This document shows positions 26,180 through 34,907 of a stretch of DNA of 64,000 nt, piece by piece. The number at the start of each line of letters is the position of its first letter. The first letter of the stretch is position 1. The notes below the pieces were generated by a model. That model had not been told where the DNA came from, made no database searches, and saw only the letters and a list, made by a program, of their open reading frames with translations. The DNA is taken from positions 41,565-105,564 of the forward strand of contig JAIBBZ010000017.1 of the NCBI GenBank assembly GCA_019694435.1, given 5' to 3'. Position numbers and translations under genes: made by a program. The DNA comes from Pirellulales bacterium (GTDB lineage Bacteria; Planctomycetota; Planctomycetia; Pirellulales; JAEUIK01).

Positions 26180-28759
26180 TTAAGGAATTGCAGAAACGGT
26201 CGGCGCGGCGACGAGCGGCCGCAGTTTTTCATAGAGCCGGTCGGCGATCAGTTCATGCCCCCGCGGCCCGGGATGCGAGTCCCAGGTTTCGACCCACAGC
26301 TCGTTCCAGTCGCGAACGCCGTGATAGGCGCGCGTCAGGTCCCAAACGGTGAAGCCGGTTGCTTCGGCCGCGGCAATCAACTCGGGCAGTTGTTCGAGCT
26401 CCCAGGAACGGTCGTCGAGCCGCGGCAGGAAGGCATAGATCGGCCGAATGCCTGCCGCGCGGCACTGCTCAATCGTCTGGCCATACACCCAGCCGACCAG
26501 TTCCTGGGAACGGCCTTGCAATTGATGCTCGACGACGCGGGCACCATCGCCGGACCGCAATTGATACTCTTCGACGATCTGCCGCACGAAAAGGTCGGGG
26601 AGCGGCAATTCGCGGGCCAGGCAGCGCGCGATGTCGCGCAACACCCATTCCTGGTCGTTCACGCCGAAGAAGATCGCCACATCGGGCTTGAACGCGAGCA
26701 CCTTGTTCTTCAGGCAGTGCAGCCGTGCGTAGGGGCCATAGCTAGGCACCGCGAAATTCATCAGTTCGCAGGCTGGCCGCTGGGGCGTGCCGAATTCGGC
26801 GTTCAGCCGCGCTTCGACGAGCTGCTCGAACACGTGTTGATCGCTCACATGGTGACCTGCCGTGTTCGAATCGCCGAGAATCGCGATGCGCAGCACCCCT
26901 GGCGTCCGCTCGAGGGGATACTCTTGATCCCGCATTCCGTGGCGGTTGTTCGACTGACGAAAGTGGCCCTGGGTGTGGCTGAGCCGGGGAATGTATTCCC
27001 AATTGGGAAACTTGTTGTCCGGGCGATCGTATTCGAACGTCGCGGCGTTCCAGTCTTGCGGGCGCGCCGCATAGAGCTCGGCCAGTTCGGCGTTGTTACG
27101 ATCCTGATCGATCAAATCCTCGTAATAGCCGCGCTCGAGCTTGGCCACGTCTTGCGCATTCAGGGTTTGCCGGGTGAGCCGGTCGAGCGCGTTGGCCACT
27201 TGCGGATAGTCGGCAAACAACAGCGGATTGCGGCCCACGATGAACAGCGCCGCGGACAAGGCGCCCGTCACGAGTGCCGATCGCCAGAATTCTGCGTCAG
27301 CCGCTTCGTTACGGCGCTGCCGCGGGGCATCGGTCCGCTCGCTCGAGGAATGACCCCACAGCACGGCGGCGACGCCAAACAGGGCGAGCCCCCCGAAGAT
27401 CAGCACGGCGTCGATCGGCGACATCACGGCGAACTTCGACAAGAGCGAGGTCCACTCGTGCCAAGACGGCGTGTTCCACAGCGACCACAGCAGGCAGATG
27501 AACGTGAACATCGCGATCGTCCGCAGGGCAAAGGCGAACTCGTCACGCCAGGTGCGGCTGCCCTTGGTGAGTTTGCGCTTGCGAGTCGCGCGGGCCTCGT
27601 AGGCCACGTTCAGCACGACGCCGACACCGAGGATCGTCCAGAAGGCGATGTCCTGCCAGGTAACCAGAAAATGGCCGCTGAGCCAGAAGAACTGATACGA
27701 GTGCAAACACCAGGTGGCGAAGAACGCCAACGCGGTGGCCGCCAACAGGCCGAACAACTCGCCCCGTCGCTTGAGCCGGAAGTAGATCGGGTAGAAGAAC
27801 AGCTTCTGGATGAAGTCCTTCCAGTAGATGTTGATCCTGCGCCAGAAGTCAGTGAAGCTCGAGGCGAGCAAGTAGCGGTGGTGCGTCTCGGAGAGGTTGA
27901 AACCGAAGAGGTGCAGCAAGCCCACGATCAGGTGAAAATTGCCCGAAACCCGCAGGTAAAGCAGGAAATTGGCCAGGATATATTGTGCCGCGTCGCGGGC
28001 GTTCGCCACGTGGTGCGTATCGATCACCAGGTTCTGGTACACGAAGCGGTAGAGAATCAACTGGATCACGCCGCGCACGATCCAGTCGACGCCCTTTTGG
28101 TAGATCTCGAACGCGTCGCGATTGTAGCGCGTGCGGAGAAACGTCTTGTAATCGACGATGGGGAACAGCGTGAAGCATGCGTTGGGGGCCATGAAGAAGT
28201 AGGCCAGCGTGGACCAGAGCTCGCCTTTGGCCGCGCCGGTCTGCAGATCGTAGACGTAGATCAGCAGCCGGAACATGAACAGCCCGGCGAGAATCGGCAG
28301 AATCGCGTGTAATTCCGGCAACGTGCCGTAGGCACGCAGCCAGCCGAGCCCGATGCCCAGCGCTACCAGCAGGGCCACGCGCATCCACAATCGAAAAGGC
28401 AAATGGACGACGCCGATCAGCAATGCTCCCAGCCCGATCACGTACAGCCCGTTGATCCCCATCAGCACGACGATCAACGCCAGCGAAAACACACCGAAGA
28501 AGGGCAGTCGCATCCGCGTTGGCAGCAGGTGATGAATGACGAAGCCGGCGCAGATCAATGCGAACTGGTAACGAAAGGCGCGCTTGTCGATCTGCCACAC
28601 CGAAAGCACCAGGGCCACAAGCGCCAATTGCATGCAAAGGGCCAGCAGCCGCGCGGTGGCCACGGCCAACGCCCGCAGCCGCTGGAGGCGTTCGTCCGGG
28701 TGGGTGATTTGAGCTTGTTCGAAAGGGTGGGCTGCGGATTGGGTGAGTGAGGTCGCCAT
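26180..28759 (-). CDS. MBOAT O-acyltransferase (AlgI/DltB-like) fused to a C-terminal SGNH domain
   Basis: Many TM helices, GFNL...YLLASSFTDFWRRINIYW, TWCLHSYQ. C-terminal GDS, NFAVPSYG, GVND, DSHPGPRGH. Confidence 0.85.
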   Translation of the reverse strand: MATSLTQSAAHPFEQAQITHPDERLQRLRALAVATARLLALCMQLALVALVLSVWQIDKRAFRYQFALICAGFVIHHLLPTRMRLPFFGVFSLALIVVLMGINGLYVIGLGALLIGVVHLPFRLWMRVALLVALGIGLGWLRAYGTLPELHAILPILAGLFMFRLLIYVYDLQTGAAKGELWSTLAYFFMAPNACFTLFPIVDYKTFLRTRYNRDAFEIYQKGVDWIVRGVIQLILYRFVYQNLVIDTHHVANARDAAQYILANFLLYLRVSGNFHLIVGLLHLFGFNLSETHHRYLLASSFTDFWRRINIYWKDFIQKLFFYPIYFRLKRRGELFGLLAATALAFFATWCLHSYQFFWLSGHFLVTWQDIAFWTILGVGVVLNVAYEARATRKRKLTKGSRTWRDEFAFALRTIAMFTFICLLWSLWNTPSWHEWTSLLSKFAVMSPIDAVLIFGGLALFGVAAVLWGHSSSERTDAPRQRRNEAADAEFWRSALVTGALSAALFIVGRNPLLFADYPQVANALDRLTRQTLNAQDVAKLERGYYEDLIDQDRNNAELAELYAARPQDWNAATFEYDRPDNKFPNWEYIPRLSHTQGHFRQSNNRHGMRDQEYPLERTPGVLRIAILGDSNTAGHHVSDQHVFEQLVEARLNAEFGTPQRPACELMNFAVPSYGPYARLHCLKNKVLAFKPDVAIFFGVNDQEWVLRDIARCLARELPLPDLFVRQIVEEYQLRSGDGARVVEHQLQGRSQELVGWVYGQTIEQCRAAGIRPIYAFLPRLDDRSWELEQLPELIAAAEATGFTVWDLTRAYHGVRDWNELWVETWDSHPGPRGHELIADRLYEKLRPLVAAPTVSAIP

Positions 28760-29103
28760 GGCGGGCTGCCCCTGATGAAACGAAAGTGCGCGCGGTATTT
28801 CCCTGTATGTCGAACCGCCTCTCTGTTCCGGCAGATCAGGCTGAGTTGGCAGATCGGGCGTTGATCGCAAATCAGGCCATGGCCGAGGGCCAACGGAAGA
28901 TGCGCCGCGTCATGCAGCGGGTCGATCGGCGCCGCCAGACACCGAGCCACCAGGCCAGCCACACGCACCCCTGACGGCAACGTTCGTTGCGCTGCCTGCC
29001 CGCAGACATCGGGAATACCCTGACGCCAATTCGGGTGGTCCCGACGCTTATTCGGGTGGGAAAGCCCCGTCAGTTCGAAGGGTAAAAGATCTGGCCGCCA
29101 ATT

Positions 29104-29132
29104 ACCCTAAATGTGCCCTTGGCGAATGTCAA
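29104..29132 (-). promoter_or_regulatory. sigma70-type promoter for the MBOAT-PCP-A-dehydrogenase operon
   Basis: Minus strand TTGACA-17 nt-TAGGGT inside an AT-rich intergenic island. Confidence 0.6.
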
Positions 29133-29284
29133 CTAATTTTGTGCTCAATCGCAGCTAAGTATTTATCTTGTCGTGGCTTGCGATATGGCAGTCAACACCC
29201 GCCACTAGGAATAGCCGGATCCGGGGCACCGATCCGCCATAGAAAAAAATGCCGCCACTGGCACGCTACGCGCCAGTCGATTGG

Positions 29285-29941
29285 CTAGCGGATAATTCGC
29301 AGCAGAGTCTGCAGAATCAAACGAACGTCGAACGCCAGCGAGGCCTGCGGAATGTACTCCCGGGCCAACCGAATCTTGTCCGGCAAGACGCGTTCGACAT
29401 ATTCACGCTCCGGATCGGCGGCCGCTGCCAGGATCTCCGATTCGTCGCGGTATTTGACGCTGGCCAGGTCGGTAATTCCCGGCCGCACCAGCAGCACGTC
29501 GGCGTAATCCTGGCGGAACATCTCGACGTACTTGGGCACCTCCGGACGCGGCCCCACGAGACTCATGTCGCCCGCGACGACATTGATCAACTGCGGCAAC
29601 TCGTCGACTTTCGTCTTGCGCAGCCAATGACCAACACGGGTGATTCGGGGATCGCGGCCCGCGGTGATCTGCGCGCCGAGCTTGGGCGCATCGACCACCA
29701 TGGAACGGAACTTGTAAATGCGAAAGGGCCGGAAGCCGCGCCCTACGCGCTGCTGCCGAAAAAATACCGGCCCTGGCGAGTCGAGCTTGACCGCCAGCGC
29801 AGCAGCCAAGAGCACCGGCGACACCAGTAGCAGCCCCGTGCCAGCCGCGGCGACGTCGAAGGCGCGCTTAAGTGCGGCCGTCGTCAGCGATGGCGGCGCG
29901 AGCGTTGGTTGTGCTGGCGAAACGTTGACGTCCGCGGTCAC
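29285..29941 (-). CDS. Initiating sugar phosphotransferase (Bac_transf / PglC-like PGT)
   Basis: KRAFD, FRQQRVG, YKFRSM, DPRITRVGHWLRKTKVDELPQLINV, MSLVGPRPE, RPGIT. Confidence 0.93.
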   Translation of the reverse strand: MTADVNVSPAQPTLAPPSLTTAALKRAFDVAAAGTGLLLVSPVLLAAALAVKLDSPGPVFFRQQRVGRGFRPFRIYKFRSMVVDAPKLGAQITAGRDPRITRVGHWLRKTKVDELPQLINVVAGDMSLVGPRPEVPKYVEMFRQDYADVLLVRPGITDLASVKYRDESEILAAAADPEREYVERVLPDKIRLAREYIPQASLAFDVRLILQTLLRIIR

Positions 29942-29946
29942 GCGAG

Positions 29947-30603
29947 TCAGCCCTGCAAGACCTTCGAGTAGAACACGGTCACATCATCGCGATCGGGTTC
30001 GAGGTACGGATGCCAGCCGCATTTGGCATACAGCGCGCGCGCAGCTTGATTGCGCGGAAACACCGACAACCGCACCGATCGCATCTGGCGGCGGGCCGCT
30101 TCGGCTTCGAAGGCGCCGACCAGCAACTGGCCCAGGTTGCGCCGCTGCGCCGCGGGGGAAACGCCGATGCCGACCAGCGACATCGTGGGCTGCGGCAGCG
30201 GCGGCTCGGGATTGCCGGCCGATTTCTGGCCGGCCAGCAGCTTCACGCGGCTCCAGGCCGTGCGGCGTATCTTGCCGTTGAAGACGATCCAAGGCCGGGT
30301 CATGGCCACACCCAACGCCAATACGAACAAATCGCGATTCATCTGCCGGCTGTAGCCGACCGGCGCCCCCATGACGTAGCCATGCGGTGTGCTCCCGTCG
30401 AGCGTCGCCACGAGCGTAATTCCGTCGGGAAAACGGAGGAACCATTCGACCATGGCGCGCACATAGCGCGGGCCCATCATGGCGCTCATTTGCCCCTGGA
30501 AAGCCTGAACGTGCATGGCGACGACCTGCGGAATCATGTCCTGGGTCATCGGCACGATTTTGCCGGCTGGGGCCGGGGCGGCGGAATCCGGGGTAACACT
30601 CAT
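29947..30603 (-). CDS. GNAT family N-acyltransferase
   Basis: IGVSPAAQRRNLGQLL (motif A) and NQAARALYAKCGW. Confidence 0.85.
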   Translation of the reverse strand: MSVTPDSAAPAPAGKIVPMTQDMIPQVVAMHVQAFQGQMSAMMGPRYVRAMVEWFLRFPDGITLVATLDGSTPHGYVMGAPVGYSRQMNRDLFVLALGVAMTRPWIVFNGKIRRTAWSRVKLLAGQKSAGNPEPPLPQPTMSLVGIGVSPAAQRRNLGQLLVGAFEAEAARRQMRSVRLSVFPRNQAARALYAKCGWHPYLEPDRDDVTVFYSKVLQG

Positions 30604-31814
30604 CGGCCGACTGCCTGCGCGGCGCGGGGCTCGGCACTGGCGACGAGCGCCTCGAGCTCGCTGACGATTTCCTCGGCAAAGCTTTCCAAAGTCCGGTGAT
30701 GCGAACGCCGGACGCCCTCGTCAATCAACCGTGTGCGCAGGGCATGGTCGTCGAGCATCCGGCCGATCGCCTCGGCCAGCGCGACATCGTCCCCCGGGGG
30801 CACGAGCAAGCCATCTTCGCTGTCGGTAACCGAAGTCGGGATGCCCCCGACGCGTGTGGCGACCACAGGGCAGCCAAAGGCCCGTGCCTCGACCAGCGTA
30901 CGGGGCGTTCCTTCCGACAAGCTCGGCAACACGCAGACGTCGTGTTCGCGATAGAGCTCGAACAGCGGCGGACCGAAATCGATCATCCCGGCCAGCTCGA
31001 TGTCGCCCACGTAGGGGCTCGCGGCGATCGAATCGCGAATGTCCTGCTCGGCGCGGGTGATGCGGTCGCTGCCGCCGACGATGGTGAGCTTCAGCGGCCG
31101 CTGGCTGCGCAGGCGATGAAACGCTCCGAGCAGCGTGTGCACGCCCTTTTCCGGCCGCAAGTAGCCGACGAACAACAGGCGCGGCGGATCGTGCAGCTGG
31201 TGATCGGTTCGCGGCTGCATCTCGCGCTCGTACAGGCACGATGAGACGACGATCCGGCCGTCGCGGCAGCCGAGCTTGTCCCAAAGCTCCTTACCGTTCG
31301 AGGCCACGCGGGTGTGCGGCTCGCGGACCAGTTTGCGAAACACGGCGATCGAATGCCGCGCGTAGTAGTTGGCCAGCCAGTTCCAGATGCCGCGGTAGTC
31401 GTTCGAGGCCTTGAGCACTTCTTCCGGGTCGCCGGCCAGATGCAGCAGCTTCGGCTTGCCCAGCTTGAGCAGGGCCCGGGGCACCTGGAACGGCAGCCGC
31501 ACGAACAGCACGTCGACTTCGGAGGCGAACTTGCGCAAGGTACGAACGGTTTCGTAAAAGTGCACCTGCGATTCGCGCGTGCTGCGCAGCGGCGGCAGGC
31601 AGGTCACTTCGTCCTCGCGAAACTGCATCTCGTGGCTCATCTTGTCGTGCCGCGGCAGAATCGGCACGCAGAGCCGCGCGCTTTCCACCTGTCCGCGCAC
31701 GGCATCGACCAGCCGCGCGTTGCCGTGATTCATCATCACGCGGCGGTTTGGCCCCCAGCAGGCGTTCGTGCCCAGGAGCAGGCCGAGCTTTTTTCCAGGT
31801 AGTCGCTGACCCAT
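30600..31814 (-). CDS. Glycosyltransferase family 4
   Basis: LLFVGYLRPEKG, PSLSEGTPRTLVEA (EX7E), VGGIP. Confidence 0.92.
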   Translation of the reverse strand: MGQRLPGKKLGLLLGTNACWGPNRRVMMNHGNARLVDAVRGQVESARLCVPILPRHDKMSHEMQFREDEVTCLPPLRSTRESQVHFYETVRTLRKFASEVDVLFVRLPFQVPRALLKLGKPKLLHLAGDPEEVLKASNDYRGIWNWLANYYARHSIAVFRKLVREPHTRVASNGKELWDKLGCRDGRIVVSSCLYEREMQPRTDHQLHDPPRLLFVGYLRPEKGVHTLLGAFHRLRSQRPLKLTIVGGSDRITRAEQDIRDSIAASPYVGDIELAGMIDFGPPLFELYREHDVCVLPSLSEGTPRTLVEARAFGCPVVATRVGGIPTSVTDSEDGLLVPPGDDVALAEAIGRMLDDHALRTRLIDEGVRRSHHRTLESFAEEIVSELEALVASAEPRAAQAVGR

Positions 31815-31844
31815 GGCTTCGTGGGAAAAGGCTAAGCGGCTGGG

Positions 31845-33113
31845 TTATGCGCCGCGGCGAAACGCCCGCAACGTATCGCGCACGACACGGACCACGTGCT
31901 CGACCTCGTCGGGCCGCATCTCGGGGAACAACGGCAAACTGATCAACCGCTGCCAGGCCGCGGTGGCCTGCGGCAACTGCTCGGGCAGCCAGCCGAAGGT
32001 CTGCTCGTAGTAGGTGTGCAGATGCAGTGGCCGCCAGTGGACGCTTGTCGCAACGCCGCGCGTGCGCAGTTCTTCCATCATCTCGTGGCGATTGATCCGC
32101 AAGCGTTCCAGCCGGAGCCGGATCGGAAACAAGTGCCAGGCATGGATTCGGTTGGCCACCACCGGAGGCAGCTCCAGCTCTTCGACGTCGGCCAGCGCGT
32201 CGATCATCTGCAGCGCCAGCTCTTCGCGGCGCACGCGCATCGACTCGGCCCGGTGGAGCTGTTGAATGCCCAGGGCCGCGGCGACGTCGGTCAGGTTGTA
32301 TTTGAAGCCCGGGGCGACGATGCGGTAGTCCCAAGTGCCGCCGCCCGAGTAGCGTCCCCAGGCGTCTTTCGACAGGCCGTGCAGCGACATGATGCGCATC
32401 CGCTCGGCCAGCTCGTCGTCGTCGGTGACGGCCATCCCGCCTTCGCCGGTGGTGATTGTCTTGTTGGCATAGAACGAATAGCACGCCACGTGCGACGTGT
32501 TTTCGCCGCACCACCGCCACGGGGCGTCCGGGCCGTTCCGCCAGGCGGCCGGGAACGCGTGGGCCGCGTCTTCGACGACCCAGATGTTCTGCTCGCGGGC
32601 GAAGGCTTCCATTTGCGGCAGATCGAGCATCAGGCCGCCGACGTGTACCGGCATGAAGCCGACGATCGGCAGGTCGCGATCGAGCGCCGCGGGCAGTTCG
32701 CCGCGCCGCAATTGCTCGACCTTGCGCCGTGCATCGGCGAAATCGACATTGCCGGTCACCGGATCGCAATCGACCAATACGGGGACCGCGCCCAGGTAGC
32801 GTACGACCTCGGCCGTCGCGGCGAAGGTCATCGTGGGCACCAGCACACCCTGCCCGGCCTGCAGGTGCAGCGCCTCGACCGCCAGATGCAGGGCCGCCGT
32901 GCAGGAGTTGAGCGCAATGGCATGCCGGCCACGCACCATTTCGGCAAACATCGTCTCGAATTGCTTGGTCCGCGGACCCGTGGTCAGCCAGCCCGAACGC
33001 AGGCAGGCGACGACTTCTTCGACTTCGGCCTCGGTGATCGAGGGCCGGAAGAACGGCACCTTCAAGGCCGGCGCCGGTTCCGCAGATCGAGACGTTTCAG
33101 TGGACACGGGCAT
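31845..33113 (-). CDS. DegT/DnrJ/EryC1/StrS sugar aminotransferase
   Basis: SGWLTTGP, NSCTAALH, EDAAHA, SFYANKTITTGEGG, GFKYNL. Confidence 0.93.
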   Translation of the reverse strand: MPVSTETSRSAEPAPALKVPFFRPSITEAEVEEVVACLRSGWLTTGPRTKQFETMFAEMVRGRHAIALNSCTAALHLAVEALHLQAGQGVLVPTMTFAATAEVVRYLGAVPVLVDCDPVTGNVDFADARRKVEQLRRGELPAALDRDLPIVGFMPVHVGGLMLDLPQMEAFAREQNIWVVEDAAHAFPAAWRNGPDAPWRWCGENTSHVACYSFYANKTITTGEGGMAVTDDDELAERMRIMSLHGLSKDAWGRYSGGGTWDYRIVAPGFKYNLTDVAAALGIQQLHRAESMRVRREELALQMIDALADVEELELPPVVANRIHAWHLFPIRLRLERLRINRHEMMEELRTRGVATSVHWRPLHLHTYYEQTFGWLPEQLPQATAAWQRLISLPLFPEMRPDEVEHVVRVVRDTLRAFRRGA

Positions 33114-34215
33114 AGAACTCCGCGATGGATTGAGCGATGCGCGGGCCGGCCTTGCCGTCCCACAACTCCGGGCAGCGACCTTGCTTATAAGTGCCTGCAA
33201 TGACTTGTTTTACCAGGATTTCCAGCCGGTCGACGTCGTGCCCCAAGAGCGTGCTGGTGCCTTCGGTCACCGTCACGGGGCGATCGGTCGTATCCCGCAT
33301 CGTCAGGCAAGGTATTCCCAAGGCGGTGGTTTCCTCCTGGAGGCCACCCGAGTCGGTCACCACCAGCGCGGCCTGCGACGACAGACTGAGGAACTCGCGA
33401 TAGCCCAGTGGCTCGGTCAACACGAGCCCTTGGCTGGCCAGCAGATCGGAAAGCAAGCCTGCAGCCTCGATCCGAGCCCGCGTGCGCGGGTGCACGGGAA
33501 ATGCGATGGGTAACTCCTTGGCAATCCGAGCCAGCGCCCCGCACAAGCGGCCGAGATGGGCAGGATCATCGACATTCGACGGGCGGTGCAGGGTAACCAG
33601 CCCATATTGTCGCGGTGTTAGGCCCAGCCGTTGCGGCTCGCCCAGCCGCCGGGCCGCCTCGACCTGGGCCAGCAGCACATCGATCATGACGTTGCCCACG
33701 AGGCGAATGGCCGTTTCGGGGCGACCTTCGCGCCGCAGGTTTTCGACCCCGGCAGGTTCGCTCGCCAGGAGCAAATCGCTCAGCACGTCGGTCACCACAC
33801 GGTTGATTTCTTCCGGCATCCGGCGATCGAAGCTGCGCAGACCGGCCTCGACGTGAATCACCGGAATCCCCAGCTTCGACGAGGCCAGGGCACAGGCGAT
33901 GGTCGAGTTCACGTCGCCAACGACCAAGGTGGCCCAGGGTCGCGGCTGCACTTCGGTCAGCCACGCCTCGTAACGCTCGAGGATCCTGGCCGTTTGCTGT
34001 CCGTGCGTACCGGAGCCGACCTTGAGCGACACGTCGGGCTGGGGCAGCCCCAGCTCGGTGAAGAACAAGTCGCTCATCTGCTTGTCGTAATGCTGGCCCG
34101 TGTGGACGAGCACGGGGCGCATCTCGGGCATCACGGCGCGCAAGCCAGCGAGCACCGGTCCGATCTTCACAAAGTTCGGCCGGGCACCGACAACACAGGC
34201 AATCGAGTCGGTCAT
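33097..34215 (-). CDS. wecB: UDP-N-acetylglucosamine 2-epimerase (non-hydrolysing)
   Basis: GARPNFVK, HTGQHYD, HVEAGLRS, MPEEINR, TDSGGLQEE. Confidence 0.9.
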   Translation of the reverse strand: MTDSIACVVGARPNFVKIGPVLAGLRAVMPEMRPVLVHTGQHYDKQMSDLFFTELGLPQPDVSLKVGSGTHGQQTARILERYEAWLTEVQPRPWATLVVGDVNSTIACALASSKLGIPVIHVEAGLRSFDRRMPEEINRVVTDVLSDLLLASEPAGVENLRREGRPETAIRLVGNVMIDVLLAQVEAARRLGEPQRLGLTPRQYGLVTLHRPSNVDDPAHLGRLCGALARIAKELPIAFPVHPRTRARIEAAGLLSDLLASQGLVLTEPLGYREFLSLSSQAALVVTDSGGLQEETTALGIPCLTMRDTTDRPVTVTEGTSTLLGHDVDRLEILVKQVIAGTYKQGRCPELWDGKAGPRIAQSIAEFYARVH

Positions 34216-34907
34216 CGCGCTGCGGGCTGCATGTAGCCGATCAGGTGACTGTTCAAGAATTGCAAGGATTCAACCAGCGTGGCCAGGAGTACAGAATATC
34301 CGGCCAGCCAGCGGGCGACGGGAGGTGCCAGCGTAGCACGGCGGAACCGCGACTTGCAGCCGGGAAACAGCTCCTTGATAGCCTGCCGGCCCAGGCCGAC
34401 GACCTGGGAGTTGCCCGGGTTGTAGCGGAAGTCGTACCAGACAATGGTTCCTTGCGGCCGCAGCACGCGCAGCATCTCGGCGGCGACGCGGCGGCGCAGT
34501 TCGGGGTCGAGTATCGACGTGAATACCGTGCTCTGGAACACGATGTCGAAAGTACCGTTGGGCCAGGGCATGGCCGCGGCATCGCCGATGCGGATATCGG
34601 CGCCACCGAAGCGTCGGGCGGCGGCCCCGCCACGAATCGCGTCGAGTTCGATCCCCGACAGGTTTTCCCGCGTGGCGCCCAGGCACTCGAACGAGACGAA
34701 CCATTGACCGCGGCCACAGCCGACTTCGAGGATCCGCTTATCTTCCAAGGGCACGCACCCGGCGGCATTCACGGCCCACTGGAGGGCCCGCTCTTGACCG
34801 TGACGGACGAACAAGTTGCCCGCCTTGTGCAGCGAATAGAAGTCGCCCAAGTCGCGCTCGCGCCGCTCGAACTCATCCAGAATACGCTGGCGTTCGTCGA
34901 GCGTCAT
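34212..34907 (-). CDS. Class I SAM-dependent methyltransferase
   Basis: ILEVGCGRG, FDIV, RVLRPQG. Confidence 0.88.
   Translation of the reverse strand: MTLDERQRILDEFERRERDLGDFYSLHKAGNLFVRHGQERALQWAVNAAGCVPLEDKRILEVGCGRGQWFVSFECLGATRENLSGIELDAIRGGAAARRFGGADIRIGDAAAMPWPNGTFDIVFQSTVFTSILDPELRRRVAAEMLRVLRPQGTIVWYDFRYNPGNSQVVGLGRQAIKELFPGCKSRFRRATLAPPVARWLAGYSVLLATLVESLQFLNSHLIGYMQPAAR

Noticed and set aside
24294..28759. Canonical dlt operon (teichoic acid D-alanylation)
   Set aside because: The A-domain code is proline-like rather than DltA-like, a dehydrogenase is coupled, and the host appears to be a diderm with no teichoic acid genes here.
28760..29284. DltX-like small ORF next to the MBOAT
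   Set aside because: The minus-strand frames I read gave no TM peptide ending in a FxYxxF-type motif. The region looks like promoter and leader.
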